Assembly (NCBI GenBank): GCA_052055015.1
Contig: JBQJIT010000081.1
DNA length: 32,853 nucleotides
Origin: Malassezia furfur
Taxonomy: Eukaryota
Strand: one strand, 5' to 3'
The notes below the pieces were generated by a model. It did not search any database and was not told the DNA's origin. It saw only the letters and a list, made by a program, of their open reading frames with translations. Positions within the stretch are counted from its first letter, which is position 1; every line of letters starts with the position of its first letter. The translations under genes and the position numbers were made by a program. This document shows positions 1 to 10,639 of this stretch, in pieces.

Positions 1-1
1 G

Positions 2-3000
2 CCACGCGCATTGCATGCGCATCTGCTGCCGTTCCAGCGGCGGTCGTTGGCGTTTTTGCTTGCGCGCGAGGCGGTGCGCGACGGCGTGCATGCGCAGGGC
101 GTACTTGGGCCATGGTGGGTGCGTGTGCCACGCACCGAGGTCTACGTGCACCTCCTCAGCGGCGAGCTGACCACATCGCGTTCCAAGGCTGAGGCGGACG
201 TGCCGAGTGCGATGCTTGCCGAGGAGATGGGGCTCGGCAAGACGGTCGAGATCCTTGCGCTGCTGCTTGAACGCACGGCGCCAGAGCGTACGTCGCTCGC
301 ACCCTTTTACGACGAGGCCAACGAGGTCGAGGTGCAGCCTGTCGGCACGACGCTCATCGTCGCACCCGAGACGTTGCGGCGCCAATGGCTCGACGAGATC
401 GGCGCGCATGCGCCCACGCTGCGCACCTACTCTTTCCTTGGGCACAAGCAGGCCGCCGCCGACGTTCGGCGCCACGGGTATGCATCGTTTGCCGCGTGGG
501 CCAAGGAACTCGACGTGATTGTGGTGTCGTTCGAAACGCTCACCAAGGAGCTGGCTGTGTCGAGCACTGCTCCGGTACGTTCGCTGCGGCGCCCCGCGCG
601 GTACGAGCGGCCACGCAGTCCGCTCGTGCAGCTCGCGTTCTGGCGCGTGGTGATGGACGAGGTGCAGCTTGTAGGCGGCAATGCGGCCAAGACGGTCGCG
701 CTGATCCGCCGCGAGACAAGCATCGCCGTGTCCGGCACGCCGGTGCGCCGCCTCGACGACCTGCGCATGTGCCTGTGGTTCTTGGGCCTCGTGCCATCTG
801 CGTCGCCGACCAAGCTATGGCAGCACATTGTGTCGCCACGCATGGCGCCCTACCTCGCGGCGCTCCTGGCGCAGATCGGTATCCGGCACACCAAGGCGCA
901 TGTCGCACACGAGATGGTGCTTCCGCCGCAGGAGCGGCGGCTCATCCCCGTCGAGTTCACCTACGCCGAGTCGGCTTTCTACCGCGAGGCGTACCGAGAG
1001 GCGCTCGACGCGCTCGACATCACTGAGGACGGTGCACCGCGCAGCGAGACGTGGCAGCTGGACACGAGCGTGTTGCGTGCGCAGCTGCTGCGCTTGCGCC
1101 AGGCATGCACGCACCCGCACGTCGCGTGGCGTACCGCGGGGCACACGCTCGACGCTGGTGGCCACGCACACCACCTCGTCAACCTGCGCAGCATCGACCA
1201 GGTGCTTGTAATGATGCTCGACGGCGCGCGCTCCGAACTGCTGACGCTGCGGCACAGTGTTGCGCTGAAACGCGTCTACCGCGCGGCGGTGCTCCTCTTT
1301 GCACCGCGCGACGAGCTTGTGGCGCCCGCGCCGAACGAGGCGAGTGTGCCAGCAGACGACGTGGCGTTCCTGGCGTCGCTGCGCAGCGAGGACCGCCTTG
1401 CACTCGCCCAAAAACAGCTTGAGCTGCTCCTCCCCGAGACGCACGAGCAGGTGGACGAGCTCACGCGCGAGATCGAGGCGGCGCATCGCGAGGGGCCGCT
1501 GTACCGCTTCACGGATGCAGAGCTCGCAGCTGAGGCGGCCTACGAGCGGACGCACACATCCGTGCCGTACTCGGCGTCGCCCGATGCACCCCACGATAAG
1601 CTGCGCGCGCGGCAGCAGCATGTGAGTGCGCTGCGCAACCGAGTGCGCCACTGGCTCCAGATGGTGCACCGTGTGCACCAGTTCCTAGGACACTGCTACT
1701 TTCAGATGGGCGAGGCGCAGAATGCCGCGGCAGAGGCAGCGAAACCCGAGCCGCCTGCGGCACTGGCTGACGCCGACGCCAAGACAGACGCAAAGCCCGA
1801 GCAGCCCGAGGCTGTGGCCCCGCCCGTCAAGCACGAAACGGGCTCGCCGGCGACTTCGGCATCCCCCACGGTGGCCTCGCTGCGTGCGCGCGAAGACGCC
1901 GCGTATGCCGCCGCCGAGGCGACGCGCCAGCGCCTCCTGACCGATGCGCGCGAAGCGGTCGAGCAGTGCGTGCGTGCAATGCAGCGCCAGCGGCTCGTGC
2001 GCCGCGACGAGCTGGAGCCGCGCTTCTCGATGCAGACGCTGCTGGGCCGCGACGTGCTCGAGCAGGTGCAGGCGCGTCTCGCGACGCTGCGTGCGCACGC
2101 CGCGCTCGTCGTCGACTGGCGTGCACAGCTGCTCGAGCGCCTCGCCAAGCCCGTGAACCGCGAGGTGGACAAGGAGCGCGAGAACGACGACGTCTATGCG
2201 GAAAACCTGGACGCCCAGATCGAGGCCGAGACGCTGCTCGAGATGTACCGTCCGCTGCTTGCGCAGCGCGACGAGCTGCTCACTGGACGCATCGCGCTCG
2301 GCGCTACGGCGCGGCCACAGCTGTACGTCGAGTTGGACCGTGCGCTGCGCGTGGTCAAGACGCGGCGCTTTGGCGACGATGCGCCCGCCGAGAATGGCGA
2401 GGAGGACGCAGCGTTGGCGCAGCAGCGCGAGGCACAAAAGCTGCAGCTTGCGCACTTTGCCCGCCTCGACGCGGCGCGCGCGCAGGTGGCTCTCGCTGGC
2501 GGTATGCCGCTGGCCGAGCTCGGTGCGCGCCTGCGCGAGCTGCGCGACCATGCGGTGCGTGCCGAGGAGAGCGAGCTGCTGGGTGCGGCGCATGCGGCGC
2601 TGCACGACGTGGTGCGTACGCAGACGCAGCTCGTGGAGCGGCTGCGCAAGGAGCAGGCGGTGCTGCAGGCGTGCTTCAATGCGCGCAGCGTCTACTTTAA
2701 GCAGATGCAGGAGCTGTCCGACCAGGTGCAGGACCCCGAGATGCCCGACGGCGCCGTGCCGAGCCTGCTCGCGGCACGCGCCCAGGAGCGTGCGTGGCGG
2801 CAGCGCATCGGCGCCGTCGAGGGCCGCGTGCGCTACCTGACGCACCTCGAGCAGATCCAGGGCGGGCACGCAGACGACGAGGCACGCCGCTGCTTCATCT
2901 GCACCAACTTGATCGAGACGGGCATCCTGACGAACGCGTGCGGCCATCTATGCTGCCAGGCGTGCTTTTACGCGTGGATGAAGCAGGGGCGCCGCACGTG

Positions 3001-3892
3001 TCCCATGTGCAAGACGAAGCTCACGCTGAACGACGTGCACCGCGTCGTGTTCCGCAGCCCCGACGCGGACGCCGACACGAGCGGCGCCGGCGCGCACACG
3101 GCGCGCGGTGCGCCCGCGTACCGCACGCTGCCTGACGCACTGCGCACGGCGATTGAGCGGACACCGTCGCAAGGACGGTACGGGAGCAAGCTCGACCTGC
3201 TCACCAAGCACCTGCTCTACCTGCACCGCACTACGCGCGAAAAGAGCCTCGTGTTCTCGTCGTTTGCGCGCGGCCTCGACCTGGTCGCCGAGTCGCTGCG
3301 TGCCAACGGCGTGCCGTACGCACGCCTCGAGGGCGGCGGCAGCAGGCGCGTCGGCGCGACCGTCGACGCCTTCCAGCACACCGACGTGCCCGTGCTGCTG
3401 CTGCACAGCGAGGTGCAGTCGGCCGGGCTCAACCTGCTCGCCGCGACGCACCTCTTCCTCCTCGAGCCGCTCATGAACCACGCGCTCGAGCTGCAGGCGA
3501 TCGGGCGCGTGCACCGTATTGGACAGACGCGCGCGACGCACGTGTACTGCTACATGGTGCACGACACGGTCGAGCAGCGCATCGTCGCGCTCGCGGCGTC
3601 ACGCGCACAGTGCCTGTACGTCGCGCGCGACGCCGACGCCGACGCCGCCGACGCCATGGACAGTGCCGCGCTCCAGGCGACGCACCTCGAGCACGCCGAG
3701 GACGTCTCGCGCGAGGCGCGCCGCGGCGACCTGATGGGCTCCACCGACGACCTGCTCGCGTGCCTCTTCCAGGAACACATTCCTACCGACGACGCGCCGC
3801 CCGTGCCGCCCGGTGGCGCGCCGAGCCTCGACGAGCTGCGCGCGCGGCGCCTAGCGGCACTCCCGGCACCCGGCGGCGCGCCGCCGCCCTGA
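2..3892 (+). CDS. IRC20: SNF2-family helicase / RING E3 ubiquitin ligase, Irc20/SHPRH-like; 5'-partial (frame open to window edge)
   Basis: LLPFQ Q-motif, EEMGLGKT (motif I), WRVVMDEVQ (motif II), SGTP, LRQACTHP, C3HC4 RING (CFIC...CGHLCCQAC...CPMC) before the HELICc lobe (LVFSSF, AGLNL, QAIGRVHRIGQ). The listed start at 11 is a TTG and the frame is open upstream. Confidence 0.85.
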   Translation, partial: PRALHAHLLPFQRRSLAFLLAREAVRDGVHAQGVLGPWWVRVPRTEVYVHLLSGELTTSRSKAEADVPSAMLAEEMGLGKTVEILALLLERTAPERTSLAPFYDEANEVEVQPVGTTLIVAPETLRRQWLDEIGAHAPTLRTYSFLGHKQAAADVRRHGYASFAAWAKELDVIVVSFETLTKELAVSSTAPVRSLRRPARYERPRSPLVQLAFWRVVMDEVQLVGGNAAKTVALIRRETSIAVSGTPVRRLDDLRMCLWFLGLVPSASPTKLWQHIVSPRMAPYLAALLAQIGIRHTKAHVAHEMVLPPQERRLIPVEFTYAESAFYREAYREALDALDITEDGAPRSETWQLDTSVLRAQLLRLRQACTHPHVAWRTAGHTLDAGGHAHHLVNLRSIDQVLVMMLDGARSELLTLRHSVALKRVYRAAVLLFAPRDELVAPAPNEASVPADDVAFLASLRSEDRLALAQKQLELLLPETHEQVDELTREIEAAHREGPLYRFTDAELAAEAAYERTHTSVPYSASPDAPHDKLRARQQHVSALRNRVRHWLQMVHRVHQFLGHCYFQMGEAQNAAAEAAKPEPPAALADADAKTDAKPEQPEAVAPPVKHETGSPATSASPTVASLRAREDAAYAAAEATRQRLLTDAREAVEQCVRAMQRQRLVRRDELEPRFSMQTLLGRDVLEQVQARLATLRAHAALVVDWRAQLLERLAKPVNREVDKERENDDVYAENLDAQIEAETLLEMYRPLLAQRDELLTGRIALGATARPQLYVELDRALRVVKTRRFGDDAPAENGEEDAALAQQREAQKLQLAHFARLDAARAQVALAGGMPLAELGARLRELRDHAVRAEESELLGAAHAALHDVVRTQTQLVERLRKEQAVLQACFNARSVYFKQMQELSDQVQDPEMPDGAVPSLLAARAQERAWRQRIGAVEGRVRYLTHLEQIQGGHADDEARRCFICTNLIETGILTNACGHLCCQACFYAWMKQGRRTCPMCKTKLTLNDVHRVVFRSPDADADTSGAGAHTARGAPAYRTLPDALRTAIERTPSQGRYGSKLDLLTKHLLYLHRTTREKSLVFSSFARGLDLVAESLRANGVPYARLEGGGSRRVGATVDAFQHTDVPVLLLHSEVQSAGLNLLAATHLFLLEPLMNHALELQAIGRVHRIGQTRATHVYCYMVHDTVEQRIVALAASRAQCLYVARDADADAADAMDSAALQATHLEHAEDVSREARRGDLMGSTDDLLACLFQEHIPTDDAPPVPPGGAPSLDELRARRLAALPAPGGAPPP

Positions 3893-3955
3893 TACCCCGG
3901 CACTTCAAAACCAATCGTACATTGCATTCGTACATCTCGTATTATAGAGCGAGCA

Positions 3956-5707
3956 CTATTGTTGCGTGTCCGTCTGAGGGAACACGGCGTTCTTTTCGAG
4001 GGACGGCGACGTGTTCAGGGAAGTGCCCTCGTGCGGGTTGGCCGTTAGGAATGGCGCAAAGTGGCCACTGAATGACGGCTGCATCATCGTACTGCATTCA
4101 AGCCCGGACGAGGGTATCGCAGGGTCTGTCGCTGTCCCTGCAGGGAGTCCGGTGGCCTGCGTAAAGGCCATCTGCAAGAACGCCTCGGCATCCCGCTGCG
4201 CAGAAGCAGACTTTGTATCGCCCGTGTTCGACGCGCCCTGCGCCGGCGGCTCGTGCGACGCCGTCTGTCCCGACGGCGGCTCCGCCTTGGGTTGTGTATC
4301 ATGGGAAGGCGGCGCCTGCGCAAAGGACGACAGCGCCGGCGCCGTGAGCATCGACGGATTCGGCACACCCGCCGCGGCAAACAGCGCACTTGCACTATCC
4401 GACGATGCATACGTCGCGCTGGGGAAGAGGAACGAATCGTTCATGTTCGAACCATTGCTCGACATGGATGTGTTTCCGTCCGAGGACTGGAACGTCGGCA
4501 GCGCAGGAAACAGCGAAAAGTTGTCGTTGCTGTTGTTCGTCCCGCGGTTCAGAGTAAAGTCTCCATTGTACAAGTTCCACGTCTGGTCGAACGGCACGTG
4601 GGAGTCATTGGGGTATGACGAGGCATACATGCCCATGTGCGGGTCGCGTGCATAGGTCATAGTGCGCGTCCGCTGATAGCCGGGGCGCTGTGCGCCATGC
4701 GTCGATTGCGAGCGCTGCACGGGCTGCGTGAGTAGGCTGCCCTGGTGCGACGACGCGCTGCCACCAGCACTGTTGCCGTTCGGCGCATCATCCGAGGGGG
4801 TCGCATTCGGTAGCGCGGGGCTGTACCATTGCAGCACGTTCGACCGATCAAACGGCACCCCCTGGATCGCCGCGTGGAACATCTCGGGACTCAATAACGC
4901 CTGGCTTTGCAAAAAGCCAAAGTCGGGGTTCATCGACGACGCGTGCATCCGCGGATCGAACAGCAGCGACGACGCCGCCGAGTCCGACGACAGCGACGGC
5001 GCCGGTGACTCAGCCACGGCCATCGTCATGTTCGTCAGGAACGCCATCGACTGCGATGTTACGCCTTGGCCCATAAACTGCATCGGATTAGGTATCGCAT
5101 TCGGCGTCGCAAACACATTTGCGTCTTTGCCGTTTGCGGCCGCCTTGTTTTTTGCGGCGCTCTTGCTCTTCGCTTTACTGCGCGGCTTGTAGCCCGCGCG
5201 CGCATACTCCTCAGGGAAGGCATTCCGGAAACGATCGCGCACATCTGTGGAACGACGCTGGTTCTTAAAGGCAGGGTCACGCGCAATAAGCGCCCAGTGC
5301 GAACCATACATCTTATAGCCACGCATCAGCGCGCGATCCTCTTCCTCGGTGAACGGACGGCGCTCCTTCACCTTGCCTTTTTCAAAGATACTCCGTCCAT
5401 CGGGAGCCTTGCCCCGCGACTGGTTGCCCCAGTGTGTTTTTGCGTTGGGGTACAACTCGTGGTAGGAATCCGGAAAGTAGGTCCGGAAGCGATCTTTCAG
5501 GTCGCCAGGAGTCCGATCAGAGAAGCGCGGCATCAGCTCGGAATCCGAGAGAATCTGCGTCCAGCTGCCCACGCCATGTTTATTACACCCTTCGACCAGC
5601 GCCTGGGTTTCATCCTCTGTCCATTTCAGTTTGGCTGGGCGAGAGCCGTTCGCATCCGCAGCTGCATCTGACGATCCTGGTAAGGACGTAAGATTCGGCT
5701 CGCTCAT
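3956..5707 (-). CDS. TAY1: Double telobox-type Myb/SANT DNA-binding protein, Tay1/Teb1 family
   Basis: Two TRF-like Myb repeats: KWTEDETQALVEGCNKHGVGSW...DLKDRFRT and RRPFTEEEDRALMRGYKMYGSHW...DVRDRFRN, followed by a long low-complexity S/P/A/N tail; intronless 583 aa. Confidence 0.75.
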   Translation of the reverse strand: MSEPNLTSLPGSSDAAADANGSRPAKLKWTEDETQALVEGCNKHGVGSWTQILSDSELMPRFSDRTPGDLKDRFRTYFPDSYHELYPNAKTHWGNQSRGKAPDGRSIFEKGKVKERRPFTEEEDRALMRGYKMYGSHWALIARDPAFKNQRRSTDVRDRFRNAFPEEYARAGYKPRSKAKSKSAAKNKAAANGKDANVFATPNAIPNPMQFMGQGVTSQSMAFLTNMTMAVAESPAPSLSSDSAASSLLFDPRMHASSMNPDFGFLQSQALLSPEMFHAAIQGVPFDRSNVLQWYSPALPNATPSDDAPNGNSAGGSASSHQGSLLTQPVQRSQSTHGAQRPGYQRTRTMTYARDPHMGMYASSYPNDSHVPFDQTWNLYNGDFTLNRGTNNSNDNFSLFPALPTFQSSDGNTSMSSNGSNMNDSFLFPSATYASSDSASALFAAAGVPNPSMLTAPALSSFAQAPPSHDTQPKAEPPSGQTASHEPPAQGASNTGDTKSASAQRDAEAFLQMAFTQATGLPAGTATDPAIPSSGLECSTMMQPSFSGHFAPFLTANPHEGTSLNTSPSLEKNAVFPQTDTQQ

Positions 5708-6109
5708 CGACGTAGATGACCGCCAGCTTCCGTTCGCATAGGAGAGCCAAACGGCCGGATGTGCACAACTGATTTAACGTTGGGAGGTAAAAGTTGTGCA
5801 CACGTCGGTTCAGCAGATGACAAGCGTGAGCCAAGCCAGGCGCTCAGCCGAGAAATATTTGCATGTCGCACCCGGAGCAGAGCGTGCACGTGGCAAGTCC
5901 CTGAATGGCGGATATATCGTGCCAAACGACGTCATTGGATTGGCCATACACCAAAAAGGACTCGGGAAATCCTCCATCGGCGCATACATACCAGGCAAAA
6001 ACGGCTCACGTGATGAGTCCCTGCATATGACGGCGCGAGCTATCAAATGAAAAGCGCATCCGGACGAATCACAGCCACGGACGTCCTAACCTATGCGACG
6101 CACGCCCGT

Positions 6110-7517
6110 CTAGAAGCCTCCAGGTCCACCGGATGCCGTCGATAACTCAGCGTTATCCAAAAGCGGTGTTGTTGCGTCGGAACTGCGCTCAGTGGATTGC
6201 GGGGGTGGAGGATCGGCATGGGGAGCAGAGGCGCGACTATTTTGGAGCGTTGCAAGTAGCTAGTGTCAGTAGCCAGACGGCGTACCTGTTGGACTTTTTG
6301 GGCCTGCTCGAGGCGATCGCCTGTGGGGCCAGGAACAGGCGGCGTAGGTTCCCCGTGCATGCCGGCTGCCGCTGTGGCAGGCCAGGCAGTCGAAGGCTCG
6401 GTGGGCACGGGCGTCGCACTGCCCCGCCCCTCACGCGCACGAGCCTCCGCCGCGGCTTTCGCTTCATTGCGGTTCTTTGCATCCGTCACAAGCGAGACCG
6501 TGGCGAGGTCCCAGGCAAACTTGAGCAGAAGCTCCCCGCCCAAAAAAGCGGTCTCATTCAGTTGGTCGTAAGCGGCCACACAAGCTCGGCTGTCCCAGTA
6601 CTCGACAAAGCGCGTATTCTCCTTGTCCTTATACGGGCGAATCTCACGTATCTCACCAAACGGCGCAAAAAGGGCCCGCACATTGTCGTCTGTAACCGGC
6701 TCTGTCGCACCGCGTACCAGCGCAAAGAGTGTGCCCTGATTCTTTTCGCGGTCGCAGTGCTGCTGCTGATCCTCGTCTTTGGGCAAGCTGTAGTGCACGT
6801 CCAGCACACGCCCATAAAGTTTGCGCTGATTCATCTCTTCTTTGGCTCGCTGCGCTGCGCGGGTATCAAAATAGGTCACAAACAGCAGACCTCGGCGCTG
6901 AATGAGATCAAACCACGTCTTGATCTCGCCGAATTGCTCAAATTGCTCACGGAACTGATGCACGTTTACCTCGAAAGCCACATTGCGCACAAACAGTGTG
7001 CGGCACGGCTTACTGTCCTCCGGCCGCTCTGCATCGGGGTCTGGCTGATACACACTTTTGGAGGGCCGCGGATGCACGGTCCCTCGTCGGTTGCGTCCCC
7101 CCCGCGGGGTGTCTGAGCGGCGCCCATCGGATCTGCGCCCGTCGCGCCGCTGGTCTGGCGAAGGTAAGGGAGGGCCGTAAGGCGAACCGGGCATCGGCAT
7201 GCCATAAGGCATGCCCCAGGGCATGGGCATCGCACCGTACATCGGTTGCGGCGCATCTAGGTGGGTCGACAACACGTACCTGAAGCCATGGGGGGCATGG
7301 GGAAAGGCGCATAGGGCGCACCCATCGGAGGGAAGGGCATCGCACCCCAGGGCGGATAACTGACGCCGTACTCTGCGTTCACACCGTACGGTGCATAGTT
7401 CGCGCGCGCATCCGCCATGGGTCCCGGCGGACGTCCGCGCGACCCGTTTCTCCCGCGCCCACGCCCACGCCCACGCCCAGTCTCGTCATAACCACCGTAC
7501 GGATGGTGTCGCTTCAT
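6110..7517 (-). CDS. Two-RRM RNA-binding protein (Mei2-like RRM1/RRM2) with N-terminal RG/Pro-Met-rich region
   Basis: RTLFVRNV...GLLFVTYFDTRAA and NQGTLF...RFVEYWDSR RRMs. Introns 7257-7279 (23 nt) and 6260-6285 (26 nt) join MKRHHPY... to ...AQKVQQ|LLATLQ...GGF*; stop at 6110-6112. Confidence 0.75.
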
Positions 7518-7664
7518 CTAGAAAGGACCTGTCTCGTCACGTCCCTGCTTCGGCAAGTCTCCACCCGATCTGACTGTCTGGGAAGCGGTGGGTGCACGAA
7601 TCGGGGAAGTAAGCCGATGTGCGCAGTGGCGCCGCGGTTCCTTGGTGATTCCGTTGTCGAGGTT

Positions 7665-8392
7665 ATGAGCGGTGTCGTGAGCTTCAAGCTGGTCTTGCTA
7701 GGTATGTGATATATGTTAACCAGCAGGCGAGTCTTCTGTGGGCAAGTCGAGGTATGCTATTCTACTCACGCAGCATCGCTCTTCGTTTCGTCAAGGACCA
7801 GTTCGATGACTTCCGCGAGAGTACCATCGGCGGTACGTGCACCCACTTATGCAGCGGCGTTCCTCACGCAAACCGTGAAGCGCGACGACGATGCCACGGT
7901 CAAACTCGAGATTTGGTACGTGCATGCACTGACCCCAGGGACACCGCCGGCCAGGAACGGTACAAGTCGCTTGCACCCATGTACTATCGCAACGCGCACT
8001 GCGCTATCGTTGTGTACGACATTACGGAGGAGGACTCCCTGGAGAATGCCAAGGCATGGATCCGCGAGCTGCAGCGACACGCCGATGCAAACATTACCAT
8101 TGCGCTCGTCGGTAACAAGCTCGACTTGGAAGACCGGCGCGCTGTGCCAACCGAGGACGGTGCCAAGTACGCCGAGTCTGAGGGCCTCATGTTCCTCGAA
8201 ACGTCGGCTAAGACGCCGACGAACATCGACAAGCTGTTCAAGGACGTCGCTAACAAGCTGCCGCTCGACCGCGGCATGGGAGCTGCCAAGCGTCCGACGC
8301 CCGGTGCCGCCCAGCAACAGCCGGCCGGCAATGCGCCCGTGCAGCTTTCGAGCACGCAGCAGCCGGCACGGGAGGATGCTTGCACATGCTAA
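7665..8392 (+). CDS. VPS21: Rab5-family GTPase (Vps21/Ypt51-like)
   Basis: Removing introns 7702-7726, 7752-7773, 7833-7854 and 7916-7938 (25, 22, 22, 23 nt) gives FKLVLLGESSVGKSS, STIGAAFLTQ, WDTAGQERYKSLAPMYYRNA, GNKLD, ETSAK and a C-terminal CTC prenylation motif. Confidence 0.9.
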
Positions 8393-8406
8393 TATAGCCT
8401 TGTATT

Positions 8407-9520
8407 CTACGAGTCCATCGAGAAACCCAAAAGCATATTGTCGATCAGACGCGTCGTCGGCTTTTCCTGCCGCGCGTCGTTGTACATCCACAGCGCACCG
8501 CTCAGAATTGCACCCTCGCTTGCGTTGTCCGTCAGCTCCTCGAGCGTGTGGGGGTCGTTAAGGCACACATAGTCCAGCTCCACATGGGCACGGACGCCAT
8601 CGTCCGAGGGTGCTGAAGCGAGTGCCGCTGCCCGTTCATCAACCACCTTGCGAGCTGCTGCGAGCGTCGCCTGAATCCGCTCCGCAGGGCTCACACGCTG
8701 TTCGAGGAGCGTGTTCCATACCTCTTGACCGCGCGCGAGCGCCTCATATAGGATGGGAGCTGCCGCACGGCCACGCACGTCCAGGTAGGCATTACGACTG
8801 CTCAACGCCAGCTTGTCGGTAGGATCGCGGCTCGTAGGCAGCACACGGACATTCTCGTGACCTTGGGGGTAGCGGAAAAGCAGATCATCGGCCAAGCGGC
8901 GCAGCACAATGGCTTGCTGTATGTCCTTCTGGCCAAAGTATGCACGATCGGGCTGCGTGAGAAGAGAGACCTACCATGACAATGTTGAACAGCTTGGTCA
9001 CTACCGTAGCGACGCCACGGAAGAAGATAGGTCGTGTCGTGCCTTCCATCTGGTGCGAAAGACCTTTGACCTCGACAAAAGCGCCAACTTGCTTGCTCAC
9101 GTCTTGCGTGAAGCCGTTGGGGTACATGTCACGGACCGTAGGAAGAAGCACAGCCAGGCGGCCAGAGGCATTCGCCTTTTCTTGGCGCTCGTGAAGCTGT
9201 GCAAGGTCACTTTCGATGGTGCGCGGGTAGCTAGAAAGGTCCTCGTGCGGCGCAAACTGTGCGGGGTTCACAAAAATGGACACGATCGTTATGTCGTTCT
9301 CCGCCAAGGACGCGTCAACGAGGCTAAGATGGCCCTGGTGCAGGGCACCCATCGTCGGCACAAAGCCCACCGTCTGGCGCTGCCGAATAGACTCATCACG
9401 CCATGCACGGTAGGAGGAAACACCTTCGAATGTGCGCACCGATCCGCTGTGCATGCTGCGAATACCCGACATGTTACTCCTAACGCAACGCAAATTTCGT
9501 ATCCAGGCCGCCGCCCACAT
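8407..9520 (-). CDS. PAN6: Pantoate--beta-alanine ligase (pantothenate synthetase); start uncertain (9520, 9472 or 9454)
   Basis: GFVPTMGALHQGHLSL, SIFVNPAQF, RPIFFRGVATVVTKLFNIV, then intron 8953-8974 (22 nt), then PDRAYFGQKDIQQ, LALSSRN, TRLIDN. Confidence 0.92.
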
Positions 9521-9539
9521 CGTCTTACTCCACATTTTC

Positions 9540-10566
9540 ATGAGCGAGAATTTTGATCCATTTGAAGGCGTCCGCCGCTTCCGGTACAGCGGCGACGTGC
9601 ATGCTGTATACCCCCTCAGCCCCAAGTCAAAGATTCCCCCGCATATCAAGCGTCCTAATTATGGTCGGGAATCGGTACGCGAGATCCTTACGCAGCTCTT
9701 CACGTCCAAGAAAATCAAAGTGAATTCCCCTGAAGAGCAAGACGGCGTGCGTCTCGCAGCCAAGGTACGTGCTAACACTAATCCAGCTCGCTCGTGAATC
9801 GTTGGAAGAGATCGCTGCATTGATTCGTCCAGGAATTACTACAGACGAGATCGATAAGAAGCTGGTCGAGGCGGCTATCAAGCGCAATTGCTACCCCTCG
9901 CCCCTAGGATACCACGGCTACCCAAAGAGCGTGTGTACCTCTGTCAATGAGGTAATTTGCCACGGAATTCCTGACCGTCGGCCGCTCAAGGATGGCGACC
10001 TTCTGAACCTCGACGTGACGCTCTTCCACAATGGCTTCCACGGTGATCTGAACGCAACATATCCCGTTGGTGATCGCGCGCGTGCAGATGAGCCACTTAT
10101 GCGCACGATTAGGACTGCACGCGAGTGTCTCGATGCAGCCATTGCCATTTGTGGCCCTGGCATGCCCTACGCTGAAATTGGCCATGTCATCGAGCCCATC
10201 GCGGAGCGAAATGGGTGTGCTGTGGTTCGTAACTACACGGGCCATGGTATTGGCCGTGTTTTTCATGGCCCCCCTACCATCTTTCACCATGTCACCAAAA
10301 AAGCCTATGGCGTTATGCAGCCTGGCCACATCTTCACGATTGAACCTATGGTGAATTTGGGCACCAGCAGCGGTGATATGGAGTGGCCTGACAACTGGAC
10401 CGTCACGACTACGGATGGTGCCCTTTCTGCTGCTGCAGAGGAGACACTCCTCATTACCGAGGATGGTGTCGAAATTCTCACTGCCCAGGGTGGGCCCAAG
10501 CGCCTCGACACCACTGAGGCACGCAACCGCCAAATGGAGGCGCGCTTGGCACGAGCGTCCAAGTAG
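9540..10566 (+). CDS. MAP1: Methionine aminopeptidase type 1, lacking the N-terminal zinc finger
   Basis: YPSPLGY, SVCTSVNEVICHGIPD, NLDVT, HGDLN, GHGIG, FTIEPM, WPDNWT. Intron 9765-9786 (22 nt) restores AAK|LARE; possible additional 21-nt in-frame intron at 9675-9695. Confidence 0.85.
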
Positions 10567-10639
10567 TCACGTGATAGCGCGGTAGAGGTCGGGCCGGGGG
10601 GGTTTGCATTTGTCATTCAACCCACACGGACTATTCACC

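Noticed and set aside
5708..6109. Possible independent snoRNA (GTGATGA at 6010, AGATGA...CTGA at 5815-5905)
   Set aside because: No terminal stem, no matched D box for the best C box and no recognisable rRNA complementarity; more simply the TAY1 promoter plus the 3' UTR of the RRM gene.
7455..7477. CGCCCA hexamer repeat
   Set aside because: Simply encodes the GRGRGRGR tract of the RRM protein; not telomeric or CRISPR-like.
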